Positions 1 to 11,939 of a stretch of DNA of 64,000 nt are shown one piece after another. The translations under genes and the position numbers were made by a program. The first letter of the stretch is position 1. Each line of letters opens with the position of its first letter. Below the pieces are notes generated by a model. The model saw nothing but the letters and a program-made list of their open reading frames with translations. It was not told where the DNA came from and ran no database searches. This DNA is from Malacoraja senta (taxonomy: Eukaryota): NCBI GenBank assembly GCA_038087875.1, contig CM075993.1, forward strand, positions 1,428,001 to 1,492,000, given 5' to 3'.

Positions 1-243
1 CCGTGCCGACCAGCGATATCCACACATTAACACTATTCTACACACACACATGGGACAATTTACACTTTATACCAAGCCAATTAACCCACAAACTTGCACG
101 TCTTTGGAGTCTGGGTAGAAACAGGAGATCCTGGAGAAAACCCACGCAGGTCACGGGGAGAACGTAAAACTCCGTACAGACAGCACCCATGGTCAGGATC
201 GAACCCGGGTCCCTGGGGCTGTGAGGCAGCAACTCTACCGCTG
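1..243 (-). mobile_element. tRNA-derived V-SINE (HE1-like), partial
   Basis: Reverse complement has the A/B-box head (cagcggtagagttgctgcctcacagc...gggttcgatcc) and the V-type core (ggagttttacgttctccccgtgacctgcgtgggtttt); many copies in the window. Confidence 0.8.
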
Positions 244-619
244 CACCTGGTAATAGTACCGGCCTTTGAATCAACATCCTGGCAAGTGCACAGTGAGTTA
301 AGTCTACAAAGCGCGTGAAGTTTGCAGTGCGTGGCCCTCCTGGCCTGGTCCGTAGACCCACCATCTCTGACCACCACCTTTTAAGCAGACGGAAGTTCTT
401 TGCATTCTGCTTAAAGCAAAGCACAAGAATGTGTGTTGACTCCTAACCCCCCAACGCATGAATCAGAGAGACAAAGAGTTTTTGTTGTGACAGGGTGGGG
501 TACTTGTAGCACACAGGAAGTTACCTGAATGAGAAAGCACAATTTCTGTCCCTTGGAGCACGTTCTGGTAAAGGGGTGCAACTTCTGTGGGTGAGTCATT
601 CCACTCAAGGTCGACACAA

Positions 620-1555
620 AATAGACAATAGGTGCAGGAGTAGAGGCCATTCAGCCCTTCGAGCCAGCACCGCCATTCAATATGATCATGGCTGATCATC
701 CCCAATCAGTACCCCGTTCCTGCCTTCTCCCCATATCCCCTGACTCTGCTATTTTTAAGAGCCCAATCTAGCTCTCTCTTGAAAGCATCCAGACAACTGA
801 CCTCCACCGCTCTTTGAGGCAGAGAATTCCATAGACTCACTACTCTCTGTGAGAAAAAGTGTTTCCTCTTCTCCGTTCTAAATGGCTTACCCCTTATTCT
901 TAAACTGTGTCCCCTGGTTCTGGACTCCCCCAACATCGGGAACATGTTTCCTGCCTCTAGCGTGTCCAAACCCTTAATAATCTTATATGTTTCAATAAGA
1001 TCCCTTCTCATCCTTATAAACTCCAGAGTGTACAAGCCCAGCCGCTCCATTCTCTCAGCATATGACAGTCCCGACATCGCAGGAATTAACCTTGTAAACC
1101 TACGCTGCACTCCCTCAATAGCAAGAATGTTCTTCCTCAAATTAGGGGGCCAAAACTGCACTCAATACTCCAGGTGTGGTCTCACTAGGGCCCTGTACAA
1201 CTGCAGAAGGACCACTTTGCTCCTATACTCGACTCCTCTTGTTATAAAGGCCAACATGCCATTCGCTTTCTTCACTGCCTGCTGTAACTGCATGCTTACT
1301 TTCATAGACTGATGTACAAGGACCCCCAGATCCTGTTGTACTTCCCCTTTTCCCAACCTGATGCCATTTAGATAGTAATCTGCCTTCCTGTTTTTGATAC
1401 CAAAGTGGATAACCTCAAATTTATCCGCATTAAACTTCATCTGCCATGCATCTGCCCACTCCCCCAACCTGTCCAAGTCACCCAGCATTCTCATAGCATC
1501 CTCCTCATAGTTCACACTGCCACCCAGCTTTGTGTCATCTGCAAATTTGCTAATT
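620..1555 (-). mobile_element. CR1-clade LINE 3' fragment (HER1-like RT C-terminus and 3' UTR)
   Basis: ORFs 1162-1515 and 706-1161 read WADAWQMKFNADK...LYRALVRPHLEY*VQFWPP...RGHSLRIRG...RGYGEKAGTGY, separated by an in-frame stop; followed by the conserved 3' UTR and a (tattgtc) tail. Confidence 0.9.
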
Positions 1556-2360
1556 TTCTGCTGGAGTAACTCAGCGGGTGAGGCAGCATCTCTGGAGAGA
1601 AGGAATGGGTGACGTTTTGTGTCGAGACCCTTCTTCAGACTAATGTCAGGGGAGGGGGCGGGACAAAGATAGAATGTAGTTGGAGACAGTCAGACTAGTG
1701 GGAGAACTGGGAATGCGGAGGGGATGGAGAGAGAGAGAGAAAGCCAGGGTTACTTGAAAATAGAGAAGTCAATGTTCATACCGCTGGGGTGTAAACTACC
1801 CAAGTGAAATATGAGGTGCTGCTCCTCCAATTTATGCTGGGTCTCACTCTGACAATGGAGGAGGCCCAGGACAGAAAGGTCAGATTGGGAATGGGAGGGG
1901 GAGCTGAAGTGCTGAGCCATCGGGAGATCAGGTTGGTTAAGACGGACTGAGCGGAGGTGTTCAGGGAAACGATCGCCGAGCCTGCGCTTGGTCTCGCCGA
2001 TGTAGAGAAGTTGACACCTGGAACAGCGGATGCAGTAGATGAGGTTGGAGGAGGTGCAAGTGAACCCCTGCCTCACCTGGAAAGACTTTCGGGGTCCTTG
2101 GATGGAGTCGAGGGGGGAGGTATAGGGACAGGTGTTGCATCTCCTGCGGTTGCAGGGGAAAGTGCCTGGGGAGGGGGTGGTTTGGGTGGGAAGGGACGAG
2201 TTGACCAGGGAGTTGCGGAGGGAACAGTCTCTGTGGAAAGCAGAAAGGGGTGGAGATGGGAAGATGTGGCCAGTAGTGGGATCCCGTTGGAGGTGGCGAA
2301 AGTGTTGGAGGATTATATGCTGAATGCGACGGCTGATGGGGTGGAAGGGAGGACAAGGGC
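1556..2360 (-). mobile_element. Penelope-like element 3' portion: GIY-YIG endonuclease plus terminal repeat with a degenerate hammerhead motif
   Basis: ORF 1750-2076: FTCTSSNLIYCIRCSRCQLLYIGETKRRLGDRFPEHLRSV...GMNIDF, a GIY-YIG domain of PLE type. Downstream 1611-1638 reads ctgaagaagggtctcgacacaaaacgtc on the minus strand. Confidence 0.9.
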
Positions 2361-2689
2361 AAGGGTAAAAAGTTCAGAGGGGCTATGAGGAAGAATGCTT
2401 GGTTGGAGTCTGGGACCCTATGTGAGGGTGTGGTGAAAGCAGGTGCTCACAACCTACAAGAGAATCATGAAAGAGGTCTTGGATTGTGAAGGGACAAGGT
2501 GTTACAGAGCAGGTGGTTGTAAAATGGGATTAGTGTCAATAGATGCTTAAGGGCCAGCACAGAAACAGTAGGCCGAAGGGCCTGTCGTTGTGATGTACAG
2601 CTCCACAACATATACACTACACAGAAACAAACATTTTTTTTAAGTTTGATAATTAAAAAAAACATTATAGTGGAAAAAAGGTAAAACAA

Positions 2690-2865
2690 AGTCTGAAGAA
2701 GGGTGACAAAAGTGCTGGAGAAACTCAACGGGTGAGGCAGCATCTATGGAGCGAAGGAAATAGGCAACGTTTCGGGCCGAAACCCTTCTTCAGAAACGTT
2801 ACCTATTTCCTTTGCTCCAAAGATCCTGCCTCACCCGCTGAGTTTCTCCAGCATATTTGTCTACC
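2690..2865. repeat. Penelope-derived inverted (fold-back) terminal repeat
   Basis: tgctggagaaactcaacgggtgaggcagcatct ... and its reverse complement; hammerhead-like motif on the minus strand at 2766-2793. Confidence 0.75.
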
Positions 2866-3399
2866 AAAAAAAAGTTCCTCCCCTTTGACATAACAATATA
2901 TCGAGAGTCAAAGAGTCATTCAGCACGGTGATGAGACCCTTCTGCCCATCGAGTGCATGCTGACCATCGTCCACCCATTTATCACGTTCATTCCATTTCA
3001 TTCCTCCCACATTCCCAACACTCCATGGATTCTCCCATCCTCCTACATTCTCTGGGCAAGTTACGACAATCCATTTTTTAGGACGTGGGAGGAAACCAGA
3101 GCATCCAGAAGAAACCCAATCAGTCACAGTGAGAACATGCAAACTCCACACTGTCAGCACTCAACACCAAGACTTCCTTTTCCCCCAGAATGGAAGTGCC
3201 CAATACTCGAGGACATAGACTATTAGACCTTAAGACATAGGAGCAGAATTGGGCCATTCGGCCCATCAAGTCTACTCCGCCATTCAATCATGGCTGATCT
3301 ATTTTTCCCTCTCAACCCCATTCTCCTGCCTTCTCCCCGTAACCTCTGACACCCGTACTAATCAATCTCCACTTTAAAAAATACCCAATGTCTTAGCTG

Positions 3400-3670
3400 T
3401 ATGGTGAGAGGGGCCAAGTTTACAGGAGATGTACGGGGCAAGTATTTTTACACCGAGGGTGGTGGGTGCCTGGAAGGTGTTGCCAGGGGTGGTGGTGGAG
3501 GCAGATACGATAGTGGTGTTGAAGAGACATGTGGACAGGCACGTGGGAATGGAGGGGTATGGATCACGTGCAGGCAGAGGAGAGTTGGTCTTGGCATCAT
3601 GTTCGGTACAGACATTGTGGGCCGAAGGGCCTGTTCCTGTGCTGTACCAGTCTATGCTCCATGTTCTATG
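3400..3670 (+). mobile_element. CR1/HER1-type LINE 3' end
   Basis: VRGAKFTGDVRG...RVVGAW C-terminal motif and the gggccgaagggcctgtt tail. Confidence 0.75.
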
Positions 3671-4089
3671 AAATTGGTTGCTGGCACTGTGAGGCAGTGG
3701 GTGTACCAGCAGCGTCATTAACGTCCTTCCGATCAATTTGTTTTGCACTGGAACCAAGCCACAAGGCACAAATGATGCTCACTTGAGGGGCAGATTCAGA
3801 GGCTATTGTGGGACATCAACCTAGTTCTCTGACTCAACAGGAATTAAGGCAGCTATTCAGCCCAATCCATTCCAGGAACTTCAGGCATTCAAAGCAGTCA
3901 AAGAATTAGCTTAGCTTACGTCAAAGCGCGATCTTGCTCGTGAAGGAAGTGAACAAACAATCAAAACAGAGCAATCAAATTCTTACTTCAACACACAACA
4001 GGTTTGTAAACACGCAGCGCAATAAATAACATCAGAAACAAATCAGAAAAAGGGAAGTTCAGTCATTAAAAATCACCAATATAGTGCAT

Positions 4090-4368
4090 GTAGACAAAAG
4101 TGCTGGAGAAACTCAGCGGGTGCAGCAGCATCTGTGGAGCAAAGGAAATAGGCAACGTTTCGGGACGAAACCCTTCTTCTATGGAGCAAAGGAAATAGGC
4201 AACGTTTCGTCCCGAAACCCTTCTTCTATGGAGCAAAGGAAATAGGCAACGTTTCGTCCCGAAACGTTGCCTATTTCCTTCGCTCCATAGATGCTGCTGC
4301 ACCCGCTGAGTTTCTCCAGCACTTTTGTCTACCTTCGATTTTCCAGCATCTGCAGTTCTTTCTTAAAC
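4090..4368. repeat. Penelope-derived fold-back repeat with internal 47-nt tandem units
   Basis: Inverted gtagacaaaagtgctggagaaactcagcggg arms; the unit atggagcaaaggaaataggcaacgtttcgtcccgaaacccttcttct starts at 4181 and 4228. Confidence 0.8.
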
Positions 4369-5242
4369 CCCAATATTGTGCATGGTGGGCGGTAGAGCAT
4401 CAGAGCATCAGAGCATCAGGGACCCAGGTTCGATCCTGAGCACGGGTGCTGTCTGTGTGGAGTTTGCGCGTTCTTCCTGTGACCGCGTGGGTTTCCTCCA
4501 GGTGCTCCGGTTTCCCCCCACATCCAAAAGACGTGCGGGTTTGTCGGTTAATCAGCTTCTGCCTTCTATGTTCTGTTGTGCTGAAGCAAAGCAAGAATTT
4601 CATTGCCCTATCTGGGACACATGAGAATAAACTCTCTAGAATCTTGAATTGTATAAAGTGCCCCCAGTGTGCAGGGAGTGGATGTCAAAGAACAAAAGCA
4701 TATTTAGCAATAAATAAATAAATTGCTCCGTGCAGCCTGACAAAAAAGACAACAAGACAAATATTCAGTCAGTGGGTGGTGAATCTGTGGAATTCTTTGC
4801 CACAGAAGGCTGTGGAGGTCATCAGTGGATATATTTAAGACAGAGATAGATAGATTCTTGATTAGTACGGATGTCAGGGGTTATGGGGAGAAGGCAGCAG
4901 AATGGGGTTAGGAGGGAGAGACAGATCAGCCATGATTGAATGGTGGAGTAGACTTGATGCGCCGAATGGCCTAATTCTACTCCTATTCCTTATGACCGTC
5001 ACAGCTCCGTAACGTCCAAGGCACGACTGGGTTACACCTGGAGCCTTTGCTGCAAGGTTGGGTTGGGCTTATCTACTTTTCTACCAAGTCCTGTGACGTC
5101 TGATCACTTGCGTTTGTCACATCACTGTCTGTCCGAACCCTTAAGCAAACTGGGCTGCGTGTACTCCCAGTAAATATCACCACGTCAACCCAACAAAGGC
5201 ACCAACGCATCTACAATTGCCATCGTTATCAGTTGGACAATA

Positions 5243-5755
5243 TATTGTATTGTATTGTATTGTATATCTTTATTGTCATTTCCTGAGTATTCGCATACCC
5301 AGAGGAAACAAAAAAACATTCCTCAACCAGTGTCCATTTCAGTGTGCAGTAAAAAATAAATAGAAGTAAAAATTAACACTCTACTCTCTACTAAACATCA
5401 ACAGGCGTTCCGATCGGCAGCGGCACGACAGTGGCTCTGCTGCAGTGTGTCCAGGTTGGTGGTTGGTGCACGATACTTTGGCAGGGGGCAAAGTCCGTTT
5501 ATCAGTCTTATAACCTGCGGGAAGAAGCTGAGGAGCATCCTGCTGGTTTTGCACCTAATGCTCCTGTACCTCTTCCCAGATGGCAGGATGGAGAATATGT
5601 GATGCGATGGATGGTAGGGGTCTTTGATGATGGAGATGGCTCTGCTGATACATCTCTTCCTGTATATGTCCAGCAGGAAAGGGAGTGGAGCACGAATAAT
5701 CCTGCTGGCGGTCTTCACAATCCTGTCTAGTTGGTGCCTTCTGATTGCGTTCACT
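5243..5755 (-). mobile_element. Rex1/Babar-type LINE 3' fragment
   Basis: ORF 5398-5754 ends HHIFSILPSGKRYRSIRCKTSRMLLSFFPQVIRLIN; (ATACA)n tail at about 5243-5265. Confidence 0.75.
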
Positions 5756-6254
5756 TCCCATTGACAACAATGCAGTCAAATACGCAGGAGATGAGCGGAA
5801 ATTGTGTAAGTTGTGAAACTGCCCCTCAAACACCTGAGGAATGTTTTGTCCAAAGATGGCACACAAGAGGTATTTTACGCTTTGCACACGGAATGTATTA
5901 AATTCCATAGAACATTAGACCATAGACAAGCACAGGAACTGGCTCTCTAGCCAAGAATGTCTGTTCTGAACATGGTGCCGTGATAAAGTCTACGTCACCT
6001 GCCTACACATGATCCGTATCTCTTCATACCCTGCCTGTCCCTGTGTCCATCCAAATGCCTCTTAAACACTGCAATCACATCTGCCTTCATCGCCAGCCCT
6101 GGCAGCTCGTTCCAGGCACCACCACCGCCTGTGTCAAAAAAACTTACTCTGCACAACGCCTTTAAACTTTGGCCCTCTCACCTTAAACGCAGTGGCACAG
6201 CGGTAGAGTTGCTGCCTTGCAGCGCCAGAGACACCGGTTCGATCCTGACCTTCT

Positions 6255-6485
6255 ATCCCACATAAAGTGGTGGGTGTATGGAACAAGCTGCCAGAGGAGG
6301 TAGTTGAGGCAGGGACTATCCCAACGTTTAAGAAACAGTTAGACAGGTACATGGATAGGGCAGGTTTGGAGGGATATGGACCAAACGCGGGCAGGAGGGA
6401 CTAGTGTAGCTGGGACATGTTGGCCGGTGTGGGCAAGTTGGGCCGAAGGGGCCTGTTTCCACACTGTATCACTCTATGACTCTGT
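6255..6485 (+). mobile_element. CR1/HER1-type LINE 3' end
   Basis: gtggtgggtgtatggaacaagctgccagaggaggtagttgag...gggccgaagggg cctgtttccacactg; same family as 11225-11500 and 14388-14695. Confidence 0.75.
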
Positions 6486-6674
6486 GCCTCCACCCAGACA
6501 CAGTGTCCTATTATGCCACGTGAATGTTTCTAGAATATGTTACTAAAGGGCTGGTCAAAGATAAAGCCAAGTTGATTGTCACCTGCACAAGCATAGTGAG
6601 GTCCAGATACAACACAAATCTTTCTTGAACCAGAGGAACTTAGACTCAGACACACAGCACCTCACAGAACCAAT

Positions 6675-6746
6675 TTCTCGTTAGTAGAGTGGTTCGTATC
6701 CCCGCCTGTCACGAGGGAGACTGGGGTTCAACTCCCCGATTGGGAG
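6675..6746 (+). pseudogene. tRNA-Asp(GTC)-like sequence, probably a pseudogene
   Basis: 72 nt colinear with vertebrate tRNA-Asp (ttctcgttagtagagtggttcgtatccccgcctGTCacgagggagactggggttcaactccccgattgggag). It has mismatches in the acceptor and anticodon stems and no adjacent T-run terminator. Confidence 0.8.
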
Positions 6747-6819
6747 ACAAATTGTATGCTTTCAAATTAACAGAGTGGGCAGAGCTGATAGAGCTGCTGC
6801 CTGACAGCATCAATGAAGC

Positions 6820-6920
6820 AGATAGACACAAAATGCTGGAGTAACTCAGCGGGACAGGCAGCATCTCCGGAGAGAAGGAATGGGTGACGTTTCGGGTCGA
6901 GACCCTTCTTCAGACTGAGC
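6820..6920 (-). repeat. Penelope-derived terminal repeat with an intact minimal hammerhead motif (6886-6913)
   Basis: Minus strand reads CTGAAGA-A-GGGTC-TC-GACCC-GAAAC-GTC. Confidence 0.75.
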
Positions 6921-8044
6921 CCAGGAGAGGGAGTAACAGAGATAAAGAAATGTAAGAGATCAAAAGAGATTCAGATAAAGATCACAGGGAGAACGTACAA
7001 ACTCCACACAGAAAGCACCCGCAGTCAGGATCGAACCCGGGTCTCAGCGAGGCAGCAACTCTACCGCTGCGCCACCGTTGCTGCCCCATTCATCCCGAGA
7101 TGGCAATGCCAGGAACGGGGGTGTCAGTGAGTGAAACGGAGCACAGGAATCATGCTCACCCACACTCCCTGCACACAAGGAGCAACTTTATAGAGGCCAG
7201 TTAACCTACAAACCCGCACAACTTTGGGATGTGGATTGAAACTGGAGACCCATGTGCTGACATCCCCCCCGATGATGGAGCTGATCGCCTCGACGCGGAG
7301 AGCCCAAACACCGCCGGCTGCGGGAGTCAAGATCGTCCCATCAACGGAGGGCTCGAGGCCCCCGACCGCAGGAGAACAAGGAAGGGAAGAGATTGAACTT
7401 TTTTTCGCCTTCCATCACAGTGAAGAATGTGGAGGAGTCACTGTGGTGGATGTTTATGTTAAAATGTGTTTTTGTGTGTTCTGTTGCTTTTTATTTGTAT
7501 GACTGACTCGGCAAATGAAATTCCACGTATGTTGCAAAAACATACTTGGCTAACAAAGTATTATTGTAATTGTGATTGGTTACATGGGGAGAACATACAA
7601 ACTCCGCACAGGCAGCACCCGTAGTCAGGATCGAACTAACGTCTCCTAAGGCAGCAACGCTACCGCTGCGCCCTTGCAAGGCTAGCTAGGGAATGGGATT
7701 AACAGAATAGCTGTGTGAGCCAGCATGAACACGATGGGCTGAATAGCCTCCTTCAATGTCATAAGTATGAGAAATACGAGAATTCAGCATGGGTAGAACA
7801 AAGCTTCTCAAACAGAACCTCACCCCTTCAATGGGAAAGGGGCTGATCATAGAAACTTCACATCCGAGTTTTGATTTTCAAACCAGAAAACATTTTCAGT
7901 TTCCCATTTGCCTTCAAAAACAATGAATGTATTATATTGGTACTTCTGCATTCCTCATTTCAGTTTCGTCTCATTAACTGTGAGACTTAGCTAAGACCTG
8001 TTGACATAAACAAACTCTGCCGTTCATTACAGCAACCAAATGAA

Positions 8045-8300
8045 CTGAAGATAGCCACAAAAAGCTGGAGTAACTCAGCGGGACAGGCAGCATCTCTGGA
8101 GAGAAGGAATGGGTGATGTTTCGGGTCGAGACCCTTCTTCAGACCTTTTTTGCATATCTTTCATTCATTTGTTCTATATCTCTCCTTTCCCTGACTCTCA
8201 GTCTGAAGAAGGGTCTCGACCCGAAACGTCACCCATTCCTTCTCTCCAGAGATGCTGCCTGTCCCGCTGAGTTACTCCAGCTTTTTGTGCCTATCTTCAG
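8045..8300. repeat. Inverted pair of Penelope-derived terminal repeats; intact hammerhead motif at 8203-8230 (+)
   Basis: Arms at about 8045-8143 and 8200-8300 are reverse complements; ctgaagaagggtctcgacccgaaacgtc at 8203-8230. Confidence 0.8.
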
Positions 8301-8477
8301 ATGATGGTTTGCTAAACAAAAGACACAAAGTGCTGGAGTAACTCATCCCTGGAGAACATGAATGATAATGGAAACAATAGAAACTGCAAGTGCTGGTTTA
8401 TGTCAGATTCCAGCATCTGCAACTTTATACATTTATCTCCACTGAGAAAAACTCCTCTGATCACCTTGATCCTTTAA

Positions 8478-8768
8478 GGGTGGGCACGGTGGCACAGCGG
8501 TAGAGTTGCTGCCTTGCAGCACCAGAGGCCCAGGTTCGATCCTGACTACGGGTGCTGCCTGTACGGAGTTTGTACGTTCACCCCGTGACCGCGTGGGTTG
8601 TCTGCGAGATCTTTGGTTTCCTCCAAAGGTTTGGAGGATTAATCGGCGTGGTGTAAGTGTAAAATGTCCCCGGTGTGTGTAGGACAGTGTTCATGTGCGG
8701 GGATCGCTGGTCGGTGCAGACTCGGTGGGCTGAAGGGCCTGTTTCCGCGCTGTATCTCTAAACTAAAC
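8478..8768 (+). mobile_element. V-SINE (HE1-like), near full length
   Basis: tRNA head ggcacggtggcacagcggtagagttgctgcc...ggttcgatcc, V-core, LINE-derived tail ending (ctaaa)n. Confidence 0.85.
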
Positions 8769-11224
8769 TTTGGTGAAAAGCTGACAGGATCTGAAGAAAA
8801 TGGAGTTTACATTCACCTCTACAACTGGCTGGACTTTCTCTCCACACAAAGGTCGAAGCGATGAACTCCTCCCTATGGCCAGGGAGTTATATCTTTTGTG
8901 ACTTTTGGCTGGGACCAACAAAGAAAAAGTTGTGCTGAAAGGGAGGAATGACGTCTGAAGAAGCACACTCTTTTTTCTATTGTCTTTTGCTATTGTTCAT
9001 CCTATTATAATTTTTTGACTGTTTATCTAAATCTTCCTAAAGGGAAATATAATCCCCAAAGCAAAATCCATTGTAATATGGCATGTTCTATCCCCATTGT
9101 ATACCTGAGTAATTAAACTTACACTATCCAACTTCATTGCTCCATATGTCTCTTTCCCTAGTCTAGTCTAGTTTAGTTTAAGGATACAGTGAACACAGGC
9201 CCTTCGGCCCACCGAGTCTGTGCCGAACAGCGATCACACATACACATATCCTACACACTAGGGACCATTCACCTACAAACCCGAACATCTTTGGAATGAA
9301 AATGCAGATGGACCAGTTAGTAAGTTAGTAAGTCAGCGATGGTGCCTGTCCCACTGAGTTACTCCAGCACTTGGTGCCATTGTTTGTTTGTATTGAAGCA
9401 GCGCATGCAACTCCTTGTATACTTCTAACTGCAGCAGCATTCATCTGCTCTGTGGCCATGCTCAGAATACAATTCTCATTAAACAGCCCAGTGCGAGAAA
9501 AAATTAGCTGGGTCAAAAAGGCAGGGGCTGTCCTAATGTTTAATAAACTGTTAGACAGGTTTGGAGGGATATGGACCAAACGCAGGCAGGTTGGACAAGT
9601 GTAGCTGGGACATGTTGGCCGGTGTGGGCAAGTTGGGCTGAAGGGCCTGTTTCCACGCTGTATGTTAAAGGGAAGAATATATTTTTGTCGGGCTAGTTGG
9701 CAGACTTCCAACAATCTCTCAAATAGTCAAACAATCTTTAGAACTTTTATCTGCTTCTGAAAGTTTGTGCCAAAACATTTTAACTTTGGAGTAGAAGAAA
9801 AAGTAGCCAAAAATACCAACACTCCAACTTACAGGATGAATCGATTTTTGTTCTTACCCATTGTTTGAGAAAGCAAATATAGTAACAAGTGTTATTTGTG
9901 TGCGTCAATATGTAGATGGTGGTTTAAACAGGTGTGGGATCACACACACCCTAAAGATTTATGTCTGGACAATGAATATCCGGTTTGACAACATATCTCT
10001 TAACCTTGCAATCCAACGCCTTGAAAATAGCTACAGCTTGCCAATGCGTATTCATTGTAGTGAACGGGCTTTACAAATGTGCAAGATTATATTATTAAAA
10101 ATATCAATAATAAGTTTCCAGTGGAGGAAGGGATGTATACAAAAGCATATATACGAAATAAAGCCCAAATGCTGAGGTGAGGTGTCAAAACACACAACGC
10201 ACGACATGACCACAGGTATGCGAGAAAACACATCATGAGAAATTTAATTACCCACCATCCGATAATAAAACAAATACTGTTGTTGAATAAATACAATCGG
10301 GGAAGGAACTAAAATCAGATGAGCAAGCATCAAGAACAGTATCGCATCTACTGAGGTACCTCATTCTTTTGTCTCTAACGTAACTGTGACAAAATTGACC
10401 AATTTGTTTCAATGCCTCTTCATTTATTGTTAAATGTTTAATTTATATGTGTGTTGCTTCCATTTTCAGTTGTGAACCTGTTTTTTTTCTCTGTTAAGAC
10501 AATTATTTGCAAGAATCGCATGCCTGTATAAAAGGGTTGACTAAAATATGATGTATAAAATATTTTAAATGAAAATAGAAAATTGCATGATAAACTCGGC
10601 GGGTCAAGCAGCATCTACGGAAAGATAAGAACTGTTCATCTTTCTGTTCGAAGACGCTTCTTGCTTGCTAAATCTTCAATTCATTTTAAACTGCATTCAT
10701 TATTCGTAATGGAAACGCAACGTGTGTAAAATTAGCATTGAGCACTTTTTAATTTAATGGACTTATTTTGTGAAACAAAAATGCTGGGTTCTCATTTTTA
10801 AGTTGTGTTGTGCAAGAAAGGGCAAGGTTTTTCAAGTTGGTTGCTGGCTGGTGTTTCACCGAAAATTATTGTGAGGTGAAACCAAAAAGTAGTGGAAAAA
10901 CTCACCAGGTCAGTCTGCATCTGCGGAAAGAAAAGCAGTCAGCTTTCCAAGTCCTGTAAAATTGCTTCGCTCTCCACAGATGCTGCCTGACTTGTTTGCT
11001 TGAGTTATTTTCCCGAGCATTTTCTGTTTTAGTTTTGTATTTCCCGAATCTGAAGTTTATTTAGATTTTTAGCTACGCGCGACGGTGTGGATTGATAGTC
11101 AGATTTAGAGTTGATGATTTGGTTGATATCAATACTGAATAATTAGTTGTGTCTGTGGCCAAGGCTTCGTAGAATTAGTTGGCCTGACTGTATGGGAAAT
11201 GTCCTGATGAATGTACAGAGGTTT

Positions 11225-11500
11225 CTAACCAAGGTTCAAGGTGAAGGGGAAAGGTTTTAATAGGAATCTGAGGGGCACCTTTTTCACACAAAGGGCAGTG
11301 GGTGTATGGAACGAGCTGCCAGAGGAGGTAGTTGAGGCTGGGACTATCCCAACGTTTAAGAAACAGTTAGACAGGTACTTGGATAGGACAAGTTTGGAGG
11401 GATATGGGCCAAATGCGGGCAAGTGGGACTAGTGTAGCTGGAACATGTTGTGGGCAAGTTGGGCCATGTTTGCACGCTGTAACGCTCTATAACTCTATGA
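11225..11500 (+). mobile_element. CR1/HER1-type LINE 3' end
   Basis: KGKGFNRNLRGTFFTQRAVGVWNELPEEVVEAGTIPTFKKQLDRYL. Confidence 0.8.
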
Positions 11501-11939
11501 CAATCAGACTTTCTTGGTCATGCACGTTTCTTTGATCGGTCCTGCCAAATTTTGCTCAGAATCTGCCTGACAAAATCTTTTATCTAGAGTCAGGTCCAAT
11601 TTGACATTGGCAAAAGTCACCAAGTTCTGAAGAATCTGTTGCTTTCGTCCCTTGCGTGATAGTTGGACTATTTTGCCACGCTGTCTGATGATATCTCAAC
11701 TTTTAAAAATTAGTAAGAAGAAAGACACAAAGTGCTGGAGTAACTCAATGGGTCAGGCAGCATCTCTGGTGAAAAAGGATGGGTGATGTTTCAGGTCGAG
11801 ACCCTTCTTCAGACAGAAAAATTAGTATTACTAATTATTACAATTACTAATTCTAATTATTACTAATACTAAATTACTAATAATTCTTACTATTACTTAA
11901 TTACTAATGGGAATTGCTAAAAATCTGTTTTTTTGGACA

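Noticed and set aside
5755..5835. Possible minus-strand exon VFEGQFHNLHNFRSSPAYLTALLSMG (similar weak candidate at 8816-8872)
   Set aside because: Acceptor is plausible but the donor is weak and abuts a LINE; no homology recognised.
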